Assembly (NCBI GenBank): GCA_002256025.1
Contig: NKIB01000395.1
Span: 1-33,078 of the forward strand
Origin: Asterionella formosa
Taxonomy: Eukaryota
DNA: 33,078 bases
Reading direction: 5' to 3'
Below, in pieces: positions 22,143 through 33,078 of the stretch (the stretch's first letter is position 1; each line of letters starts with the position of its first letter). A model generated the notes under the pieces. It was not told the DNA's origin. It did not search any database and saw nothing but the letters and a program-made list of their open reading frames with translations. Both the position numbers and the translations under genes were made by a program.

Positions 22143-25100
22143 TCAATCAAAAGCAAGTACATCAGAATCATTTGACATTGGATCTTCTTCCACGACAGTA
22201 ATCATTCCATCGTCAGAACCAACAAAAAGAAACTGAGGAATGGGGTTCAAATCATCTGGTGTCAAGGCGATGCAGCGAATCGGACCATGTCTGGAGATAT
22301 CTAGTACAGAAAGAACCTCCAAGTTACGACATGCTCGAAAAACCAGTTGACAATGATCGCCTCCAGTAATGAGTATTTCACCATTGCTAGTCACTTTCAT
22401 ATCCTGCAACTTTTCACCAGCGTCCACAGAACAGAGATGGACTCCATTCACAGTCATGGCGTGCAACCAACAGTCTTCCATGTGAGCGATAAGCGTCCCA
22501 GAGCTATCGAGAACCAATTTCCTAACGGCATTTGGTCTATCGCCATCGTAATTGGGAGTTCTAATGGATCTCACGAATTTACCACGCCGAACTCTATGCA
22601 CACAGAGATTTCCTTCTAGAGACCCACTCACGACAACATCCAGGTCCGAAGATATGGCAATGCATGTCACAGGAGCAACATGGCCCCAGAGAACGTGGCA
22701 ACACGCTAGGATTCGTTCCCCGTCAGTATTTTTGCCCAGCGCTGTTTTAACGTATCCACCGGAAAGCGCTACTGCCATGTCTGGATGATCGACAACCCAA
22801 ACACGGCAAGTTGTATCTTGTCCACCCGTGACCATGAGGGCGCCATCGTCACCCAAAGCCAAACAACGGATAGGACCACGATGTCCACCATTGTCGCTGC
22901 ATTGTAGCCTTAGTCCATCCACAGAGTGAACCTTGATACAGTCGTCCCAATAGCCACAACTGACGAGGAGAGAGTTAACTTCAGCTGCTGATAGCACATC
23001 CTTGGCAGAACTTGTCAATCTTGAGGACTGCATTTGTGTCTTCCTTCGAAGGATTTCTTTCGCTTCCCCACCTAGTGTTAAGCAAATGGACCAATTGCCA
23101 ATTGAATGGCAAGAGTTAGAATCCTCCATACTTTGAGGCGCAGCAGAGCCTCTAATGATGGCGCTCCGAGATGTCGAAAGTTCTCGCCCCCCAATAACCT
23201 TGTGCTTGTCCATACGAATCATAAAAGGGTGCTTAGCGTTTCGTGATGGTCCCCACTTGTACGTTCCAACGCTCATGTCACTGTAAACTGCAAATACCGT
23301 ATCGCTCATAACTTGGATGCTAACTACGGCGCCTTTGGTTTGTCCGTTCTTACTTCCGCCAAATTGTTTCCTCGGGGTGTGACATCGTAAATGCCTTGGG
23401 ACCGCTTCGCTGTGAATCAAAAAATTCCAACGATCGCTTCGAGGATATCGAGGAGAATGTGCTTCCTTGATTAGGAGCTGAGATGGAGTTTGTCCAAAGT
23501 TTTGAATATGACTTTCTGAAAAGGAATAGGTGAGGTGAGTTGGATTTTAACAGATCTTAAAAATATTCGGATTGCAACATACCCGTAGCTGCTCGGTCGA
23601 TGTCATCAGTTATTTTATCGAGATCAACAGCACCTTCGTACGACAAGTAGTGGAACAAATTGTGTGCGGCTTCTGCTTCTGGTCCTCGTTGCTTACAACC
23701 GAAAATGAGATCAATCCAATGGTGAAGATTTTGTGAAACGTATTCAGACTCCAAAGCCAATCTATGAATTCTTACAAACTCGTAGGCAGAGCCGTTAGCC
23801 CAAGGTGGTAGTTTAACATTGTCGATGCTATGTGTTTCTTGGGTACGCCCCAATGGGTAGTTGTTGGTGTTCAAGAAAACTTCAGGACAAGTGAAGAGTT
23901 CAGGAACAAGTTCCTTTACATCTGATGTTGACGTGTTACAACTACGCCAACAACTTGCAATATCGAAGAACAATCGATCGGGACAATCGAACCGACCCGA
24001 TTGCAATTCGATTGCCATTGTTGTAAACGGTTCTTGACGAATCAAATAATGCAAGACTACACCGGGCGAGGAATAGTGACTACCATATAGGAAGCGCTCA
24101 TTTTCAGCAAACCCAAAGCTTTCCAACTCATTAAAGCGTTCGATTAACGCAGAAAGTCGATTCTCGTTTAGCGCACCAACGGGTTTCGAAAGGTCGCGGT
24201 AAACTCGAGTATCTTGAAGGTCGATGGTATCGCTTGTGAAGTCCGACAAGATCCATGGGAAAACTGGGTACTGAGTAATATCATTGAATGTGCGACCGGC
24301 CATTTTGTTGAGCTGCATTAGGTAACAAAAGTTCGAAATTTTGCCCATTCTCCAGAGCTGCGTTAAATTGGATTTCTTAAAGACGACTCTTGGATTTAGT
24401 GACTTCGGCGACCATAACATTGGTACTTTGCAACTATTGCGGAGCTTCGCGAAAAATCGATCTCTATCTTTTAGTCCATTAGTGAAATTGATGAACAGCT
24501 CATGACTATCAGAGAAGAAAAGTTCAATGGCTTGCGCTCGCAACATGAACCTGCGGCCATGTACTTCCGTCAGACGATTGAGTCGCCATCGAGTGTCTCG
24601 CTTTTCGAACTTTTCATTGTCGATCTTGGACCCGGATTCTTTTGTCACCACATTTGTTATGCTTCCGGATTGCCTGAAGTAGAGCCCGTGTGTTGTAAGC
24701 AGTAGATTTCCTTCGGTGATAGTTTGCAGAGTTACAATCATTACTCCATCAAATCGAGCAACAATTGACTCAGAGTCGGACCAAATGAATACCTTTGCCC
24801 AAGCATCAGAATCAACGATCTGAGCATCTTCATCTTCGACCATAACAACATCGCCGTCCACACCGAAGACGGACTCCGTGTTCGTCACTACCTTCAACTC
24901 CAAACCGTCGAGGAATGACGTTGTTTTCCGTTGAACAGAATCATTGTGTGCGAGCAAGAACACACTATCCTCAGTCTCGTTGTCATTTTCATCGTCCTCG
25001 CCATCCTCTCCGTTTCCATGAATGGCGTCATCAAATTCTCCAAAGCGAACCATTGCTCCGCTATTTCTTCTCACGACGTCTAAAACATCAGACATGTCCT

Positions 25101-28100
25101 CTTCCTGTTTCTTTCGAAGCCGTTCTTCCCTTAACTTCATTGCTTTGTCTCGCTCTATCCCTAGCATTAATTCATAAGATGCTTGCTGATGATCATCGAA
25201 GTCACGATTTCTCGTGAGGAGAATTCGGCGATTCAGCCTGTCAGCATGTCGAGCAAGCTGCCAGTGACTCGACTCGCAATTCCAAAGCTCAACAACAATA
25301 CGTTCGACAGCATACCAACGACTGGATGCGCTATTGGCTCGTTCGATAATCATTCTGCCAATTTCAGCTGATTCCATCTGGTGTTTGCTAGACAACTTCT
25401 TTGAAGTCGAATCTCCTTCGAATTCCAGTTCTCGTACAGCGCCGGTGTTGGCCCATTTACGCTGATCCTCACAGTACTTGTCGAACGAAGTATCAAGCAC
25501 TCGGTTAAAGTCCTGGACTATGTCACTAGACTCCAGTGCCATTTCCTCTATTGCAAGAACACCTCGATGTGACGATGTCCTGTGTTCAAGCACCTGCCCA
25601 TTTGCCACTTGCTCTGGAATAGCTAGAGTGTCATGCATGTCAACGTCGTGGAAACTCTTGACCCATGTACATGACAAGAACGTGCGGACCGTTGCCTCCT
25701 TGGAAACGGGAGGCCCAACATTTCTTGGGTATCTAGAACCATTACCGGATAAGGACTGTTCAAGACCGGATTGTAGCGCTTCGAATGCTTCATGGGATAG
25801 CGCTGCGCGAAGCACTTCGTTGCGACCTCGGTAAGCGGCAAGAAGAATCTCTCGGAGTTCAAATGAAACGCGAAGCAAACGGCGATAGTTCTTCTTCTTT
25901 GAGTCGTCGTTAGGGAAATAAATGTTTTTCGGTGATGATTCAATTTCCGTCAAGATTGTTGCACACTTTGCGAGGGATCTGTGACACTGAAGAACAGTTG
26001 CTAGGACAAGACGATCCAACGGAGCTGTGAGATCATGAAAAGCGGCCGAATATCCAGCCAGTCCAACTGATTCACGAATCAGTTCGAGTGACCAATGTAC
26101 AAAACACCTCAATCGACTGCAACATTGAAGAAATTTTACACTGCTTGGTTCTAAATGACACATAAGAGTCAATGAGAGTCTCATTAGAGAGGCAATTAGT
26201 GGCCCCTGTGACTTTCCAAGTCTGGCTTCGTTAGATCGCACAAGAGCAAGTCCGTGAAGCTGTGATGCTGGCAAAGATGCGTCCAGCGAATCAGGAAATA
26301 TGAAAGCGTCCAATAGCGTGAGTATTTGAGCAGCGACAGCCAATGAAACTCGTCGAGAACGTGCATGGCAATCAGCAGAGTAAGGCACATTCTGGATCAA
26401 TTTAACATATTCGGTAGAGTTTATGCCTGGAACGTTGTATTCTGGCAATCTGATACCGTATACACCCATTGAAAAGTTGTCGATCGCAGAACCAGACTGA
26501 GAGGAATAGTCGAATAACTCTCCCATTGTAAAACCACTTTTGGTCACGATAGCTGATGACGTAGCCGCAAGATGACGGAGAGATTGCCACTGTCTCACGG
26601 CGGAAGCTGCATCAACTAGGTTTGATCCATTAGCTAGTATTGCATTCGTAACAATCCTTGCACTTTCCCTTAGCAACTTATTTCGTTCCATTGTCTCTCT
26701 ATTAGGCGAAGTAACCGAAATCGCCTCGACAGTGCCATAATCCATAAGGTTTGCAAGGAGATGGTTCATGATCAAGCACACTACTTCCTGGCCATTGGCG
26801 CATACTCTTTCCAGTGATGCAGTATATTCAATACAGTGCAAAGCCTTCTCTCCTCCATGTCGGAAACAGTAACCCAGCAAGCAGGAATAGAGCTTGAGCG
26901 AAAGGTCAAATCTAGTTTCAACATGTGCCCTTTCTACAGATGAATGACACTCACTGGGGCTCCCTGTCTCGCTTGGAAAATCAATAGCATTGGTGCTAAC
27001 AGCGAGACGATTTGTTTCGCTGGTGGAAGCGATATCCTCAACGGAATCAGATATCAAATGGAATAGGGATGGTTGCCATTCTGAACATGCAACCAATACT
27101 GCAAGATTCCCAGGGCAGGTAGAAATGAGGTCCAACAAATCCAACAACCACTTTTCTTTCCATTCGTCAGACAAAAAACGAATTAGGCGAAGGACAATAT
27201 TTAACGCTGGCCCTTGTCTCAGTTTCTTCCCAGAAACAGATTCGCATTCAAGCAAAATAGTTTCTACGGCATTTATGCTGAGAGCATAGCCCACTCGAAG
27301 GACTTCGTCGCTGATGACACATTCTTGAACAAGGAAGCTTGGACTATAAATAACCCCTCTATCTTGAAGAAGCAAGTTGACCAATGATGAATGTGTTTTC
27401 GGGCCAATGCGGATCTTGTGACTCTTTAACAGGTGCCAGAGCAATTTGAAACAAACGCTCTTGTCGTCTGTCCCTGGCTGAATTATACTGGAAAGTAAAG
27501 GAGCTCCCCCGATTGAAGCAAGACCTTTTCCCATATTTGTAATAGTAATTGTCAATCGCTTGCCAACAGGCCTTGCACCGGTTTCTATAGTGGTTTGGCC
27601 TTGAGAGCCAATAAAATCTTTGGACTTTTGATCAATGCCCTGATTGCAAGCATGTTCGGCATCCATGTACTCGGCTAAGCATCGAATCCCCAGTGAACGC
27701 AATTCGTCATCGCACGAGTTAATGATGGCACAGACGATCCAGCTAGAAGTGGCATGTGGCCCACCGCAAATTTTTGTAAGGCTCGGAAGGATACCAGGAG
27801 CTGTAGGTCGACCTTTCAGCAAGAATAAAAGTACAGAAGTGGCCTTAACTGCAGCGAGGTGCATTTCTTGTCTTTCACCTTTCCGTATAAGTGGATCTTT
27901 CCCATTGACAACATCCTGTACAGCAAGATCATGCTCATGATCAACGCTATGTGCGATATAATTGATCAGCGGGCTGAGAAGTGTTGGATTTGTCCCAATA
28001 GCTAGGATATTGGCCACAATTCCGAGGATAATATCTACTGCATGCCTTCGTTCCATGATTGTTAATGGAGCTCGTGGGTCAAGACCGGACATAGAGCTGC

Positions 28101-31100
28101 GATCAAAGAGCTGTGTCCCTGCTTCATGGGAAATGTGCTTCAGGTGTTCCTTGTCAATCTGTATGTATAGCTTGAGTGCTTCTATCAAAGTCTTGGTTCC
28201 GACGCAGTCCCGAACTTTCATTGGGCTTGACTTTGCCACAGATGACAGAAGGGGTAGTAGCGTAACATGGTGACCAACACCATGTGACTCATCAAACCAT
28301 AATGGCATATTGAAGTAAAGGCGGGTGAAGACCGTGGTCTCTAGCACTTCATATTGGGAACATGATGCTCGCAGGTCGACTAGAGCGTCAAGAAGCCTGC
28401 TTGATAGTTTATAATGGAGTGCAAGTACTCCAAGCATTGTTTCACAGGGATTTGTACCGGAGTTTGATGAGCAACTTTGTTGAGTCTTGTTCAAGAGAAG
28501 AAAGTTTTCGATGATATCAATTCCACCACATCTGATAATTTCCCTTGCATTTTCAGCATTATCTTTGATAAATGCCGACAAAAGTGCAATTAAGTTTGGT
28601 ATCAAAGGATATGCGGTTTTGGGGTCAAAGTCATTTGAATCAGCTGATTGCATCATGTGCCATTCTCGCTCAACCTTGCCAGACAATAACGACTCAAACA
28701 CTGGCAACAATGCTTGTACTCCACCTAAACTCCCGATAACCTTTTGTGCCCCTTCTACAAACCAAGGCAGCACTTTATCTGTGTCCATAATTACATGTGC
28801 ACCGGAGTGAAGATCTAATGCCACGGATCCTTCTGTTCGCTTTGGGTCCCATACTAAAAAGATCCTGGCTGAGAGCGAGGCCTTACTCAATTCAATTGGA
28901 AAATCGCTTGACCCTTCTTCTTCCCCGAGATCTACTACTAAGGCGTTGGTGGGATTTAGAATCTCTTGCTTTCGGTCTCGACAACTACTTGTCATTGCAA
29001 TCTCTTCTGCATCAACGGTAGCGATTTCAACCACGCTAGCTAGTTTTCGCGTATTATCCCCTCGAACCGAGTTCCACTGATGATTGTCTTTCATCTGATC
29101 ATGCTTTGCTATGCCTCTGGTCCCAGCTGTAACTTCGTGAAGTGCGCGAAGGGTGGCATCAGAAATATTGTCATTGAATAAATACAAGGCTCCAGTTTGA
29201 CCTTCAAAATCAGCTCCAAATTGAACTGTCAAAGTTGTTGTGTTTGCAGATCTTCGTAGACCCAATAGATTCGATGGTGAAGGTACTTCTGCATCTGAGT
29301 ATGTAATGGATGGAAATTTTAATGGTTCTGTCAACAGCACTTTGCCATCTAGCATGATGGTTAAATTTTGACGTGCCCCCAAGGAAAAGACACCCTTGAG
29401 CCTTGACTGCGTATGCCTAATGGCAAGATGATACCATACTCGAGGCAGGATAAGACAGCAATTGAGCTTCACTTGCTGTACTCCATGATGACCATGATGG
29501 CTGACATTCGAGTCATATGTAGTTACAGTAATGACAGAGGCCTTGGAGTCGCCGTCCACCTGCTGAAGCGCCACTTCAATGCCACCCCCATCCGGTGCTC
29601 TGCAACTCAGCAATCTGGCATTATCCTTGCCATCAAAAGCTTCAACACGAAACCAGCATGCCATGCCAAAGTCATTCCGAAAGGGCCACGATGGAAGTGA
29701 TTTCATTGTCCTAGTTAGACCTGGACCCTTTCGAAAACTAAAGAAATAGCGGGGACTCGCCTTACATAACAATTGTGAGGACTTCGAGGCGCCTTCAGCT
29801 GCTGTAGCTAATGCACGAATGAGCAAGAGTCGGTCAAATGCACACCGTCGCAAGGGCGACCCTTCTGATGGTATCGTATCACCTGACATAGCGAGCATGC
29901 GTCGAAGCTCCTTGACAGCTATTCCAGCCGTACACAATAGTCCTAGTAGTCTTGAGACTGGTCCCAGCAAGTGATGTGAAGGTTCCTGATCCAAAATCGA
30001 CTCAAAAAGATTTAATATGCATGATACAGCATGGTTGTTGCCGTGATCACTCCCAATGCAACGATTCCAAACTTCCCCGGTTCGAAATCGCACAATAGCG
30101 TACACTTGATACGGACGCTGCGAGAAAAATTGTTGATGTAATTGACCCTTTGCTTCAAAAGTCATCGAATGGTGTTTCCTTTGTTGATCAAGGGTTTCTC
30201 TGGTTTTTCGCATGCGTTGAATTCGTTCATGGGTTCTGACTTGGAAGGATGATGTTGAATTTTCATCTAAAATTGATCCCAAAGTACTCCCCAGATGTTG
30301 TCGCTTTTGCATCCAAGTTTCGTTTGTATGATCTGATGTAGTTGAGTCGGTTTCATCATCCTGGTCCCAACTCTCACTCGTCAACAAGCATGCATCGTCG
30401 TATTCATCATCTGTTTCATTAGTCAAGAGTCGTATTAGAATTCGAAAGAAAGCCAATTGAAAGTACTTTGGTAATTTCAGTAAATGATCTTGAGATTGCA
30501 ACAATGACACAATTGATTTCTTTTGTGCTGCCGATGCTGAAATCAATGCATCGCAGGGCAACGGAATGTTGCTGTTGTCGCCATTGTTGGTTCGCTTCTT
30601 CATTCTCGGCCGCTTATGTCTCCCGCGTTCTTTCTCATTCAAGATTATTTGTTGAATCGAAGCTATTGTTGGTGATGGATGGGCCAATGGTCCAAAGAGT
30701 GCAAACAAAAGTAGAGCATCCGTATCTGGCAAAGTTCGGCCAATATGATAGGAAAAGCTGAGTGGTTCCAATGCTTTTCCCTCTTGACTATGAATAATAG
30801 CAGTGACCAATGCTGCTTCTGAATGCAACCAGTGCGTAGAAAGCTGCTCGATGGACAACGGCACACCCCCACAATCCCGCAAAAGATCTGGTATTGTACT
30901 AGAAGACATTAGCAGGACTGTGGATTTTGATTTTGATTGGCCATGCTCCGTGTTGGGAGATGCCGTTATTTTTGTAGTTGCCGATAATGGCACCGACGCC
31001 TGAATGGCATCATTTCGTTCTTGTTCTTCATCATAGCTATCATATCGAGTTATCGGATTTGAGGCCAAAAATGATCGCTTTCTCCTTGAATGATCTAAAA

Positions 31101-31440
31101 CCGTGACAGTTTCCATATCCTCCACGAGTGCTTCAATGGAGGCTGCTTCCATGTAGCGAGCCAATTGATAGGAACGGCTAAATTTACTATCTTCTTCTTC
31201 CTCGTCTGCTTCCAGGTGCTCTTCGTCAAACAAAATACTGTCGGACCGCTCATGCGGCATAAGAATATGCGCCCGTCCTCCAATGGCCCTTCCAGAACGA
31301 TCCAAATCATCAGGTTTCAGTTCCATGCTTGTAGATCGATGGTACGATGTCATAGTCATTGCATCATCATCGCCAGGTACCGATTCCAATTCCAACGAGG
31401 AATCCATGGTGTTTCTTTTGTCCGGTGTCAATGATGCCAT
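22143..31440 (-). CDS. BEACH domain-containing protein, neurobeachin/LRBA-like (ConA-like, PH, BEACH, WD40; ~3076 aa); exons 31440-23583, 23515-22143
   Basis: PH-BEACH: RRFMLRAQAIELFF, ISNFCYLMQLNKMAGRTFNDITQYPVFPWI, YGSHYSSPG, SDVKELVPELF, LHHWIDLIFG. A 67-nt intron GTATGT(23582)...CAG(23516) restores ATE-SHIQNFGQTPSQLL and fuses the WD40 ORF (SCGYWD, GHRGPIRC, LWGHVAPVTC). First ATG at 31440. Confidence 0.95.
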
Positions 31441-31722
31441 GTGTCGCGGCGTTTCGTAGAAAACAGAATCGCAGATGAACAAGATCAGATCAGATTCGCC
31501 TTCTACCAAACAAAAGGCAAAAAGGAAGTACTTTTGCAATCCTTTCTTGTATTATTCAAAGCAATATAGATGAGCAAAACAAGAGATAGTGGCTGAAAGG
31601 AATGTAGCAGTAAGTGTAATGATATTATGTAACACCGAGAAGAATTCCAGCACCATGGTGATGAAAAGCAATGTTGAGGACCATCGCATATTAAATATAG
31701 GTAAACATACATAAATAAATAC

Positions 31723-31750
31723 ATATATATATATATATTTATATATATAT
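31723..31750. repeat. Imperfect (TA)n microsatellite
   Basis: AT dinucleotide run with one interruption, upstream of the BEACH gene. Confidence 0.7.
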
Positions 31751-32950
31751 AAACATAAAGTTGCTTGTTTTCTGCTGTGTGCCGTGATATGATGAGATAA
31801 GAGTTTGGCTTGATAAAAACTACCGGAAAAAAGCAATAATAATCTCACTCCCACACCTACTTAGTGGAAGGGCGGTGTAATGAGAAATTTAGCAGTTCTT
31901 TATCCTAATAAATAGGAACCTCTTGAAAAAGACCTTTCGACAAAGAAGGGCGATACCAGGTACAGTGCACCGCTGTTTTAAGGTGCTTGCTTGCTTTGAA
32001 CCACAATTGATTTTGAAGAGCGTATAAGTAAAATTTTTAATTGTTTTACCTCCATCAATATGTCATTCCATGTGCTTTCAACGGTTGTTACATTTACATG
32101 GACCATACTGCCAGATATTCAACAGTTCCAATTCATCAAGATGGGTATCGATTTCTTCCTCCTATTCATCACCACTTTCTCGGTTGCGAATTATAATCAA
32201 CCGCAAGTTACCATTGTTCTACTAATATATCCTACTATTTATATATGTTGAGAAAAGATGGTTTGAAGAAAAATGGGTCCTCATGCATTTTGCTCAAGAT
32301 GGCCATAATTAAAAATCGAAAAAGCCCAAAACACTTTTTTAGGTATTACTTTCCAAATTTAAATTTACTTTACAAACTATATTTTATATAGAGAGATCTG
32401 TTGACCTGTATAAAGAAGAGGCTTACAGTAGTTGGTTGAGCACAATGCCTTTGATCTGAGGTTGTGAGGTTTGATTACAACAATTTTTCTGAGAAGCAAT
32501 TGTTGGGTTCGACTCCCCACACTCCTTATTGTCTCACATGGTCTTGCCTGGTGTGCACAAAATGTTGGATTTCCCCCAACAAACAGCTTGTGCCGCCATC
32601 CTGGGCGGTCGGAGTTTCCCCTAATGCTGTGGCTAAGATGAACTTTTTTCCGAAGGGTGGTTGGGGACTCACCTATGCTAACAAAACTAGGGAAGCACAT
32701 GTCTTGTTGGCAGGCAGCACAATGAATACTTGCCTTGAAAAAGGGGAGTAGGAATGGGCTATAAAGCAGATTATCATTTTTATATATAGATCTGTAGCTT
32801 ATGTGATTGTGCACATTAGGAACCAAGCCAGGGAAAATCAGATAAACTCTGATTGTCAAGAAATAATAATACGCACCTAACAATCACAAGAAAAATCTAC
32901 ATAAAAGTATTAACTATTTTGTCTGCCACTGACCATCCTTTTAAACTTTC

Positions 32951-33078
32951 TTAGACTGCCACAAGACTCTTGTTTGGCACAAGAGGTTCCTTGAAAGTTG
33001 AAGTGGAACCAATCTTGTTCGTGAAGGTCGCATAAAACACAAACACACCAGCACCCAAGAGGAAAAGGGAGAAAAAGA
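32951..33078 (-). CDS. Partial 3' end of a probable single-pass membrane protein (runs off the window)
   Basis: Minus-strand frame from 33076 reads FFSLFLLGAGVFVFYATFTNKIGSTSTFKEPLVPNKSLVAV* (TAA 32953-32951): hydrophobic segment followed by a short polar tail. Confidence 0.45.
   Translation of the reverse strand, partial: FFSLFLLGAGVFVFYATFTNKIGSTSTFKEPLVPNKSLVAV

Noticed and set aside
22143..23420. Separate 425-aa WD40 gene
   Set aside because: It is the last exon of the BEACH gene; the 67-nt intron restores the conserved NFGQTPSQL motif.
32377..32883. 168-aa minus-strand ORF
   Set aside because: Non-ATG start and no recognisable motifs.

Overview
Gene-dense eukaryotic nuclear DNA, most consistent with a diatom (inferred from compact genes, short GT-AG introns of 67-223 nt, homopolymeric T/S/N/H/Q tracts and a diatom-type METE; species not determinable). 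Genes in order: a disordered hypothetical protein (+), a DUF1647-like type II membrane protein (-), pyrroline-5-carboxylate reductase with a mitochondrial-type presequence (+), proteasome ubiquitin receptor Rpn13/ADRM1 (+, 1 intron), tail-anchored cytochrome b5 (-, 1 intron), a ~1.7 kb gene-free tract rich in TGTATCA motifs, a Cys-rich phospholipid scramblase (+, 1 intron), a BolA protein (+), a bacterial-like GNAT acetyltransferase (-, 1 intron), an intact cobalamin-independent methionine synthase METE (-, 1 intron), a divergently transcribed DUF218/YdcF-like protein (+), a ~3076-aa BEACH-WD40 protein (-, 1 intron) and the 3' end of a probable membrane protein at the right edge. The most notable signal is an array of 5-7 copies of a 14-nt pseudo-palindrome (GAADCAYGTKCWWC) in the 1.3 kb spacer shared by METE and the DUF218-like gene, a candidate vitamin-B12-responsive bidirectional promoter. 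Intergenic DNA is also strongly enriched in GGTACC/TACCGGTA palindromes. All exon models were built by hand; no database searches were run.
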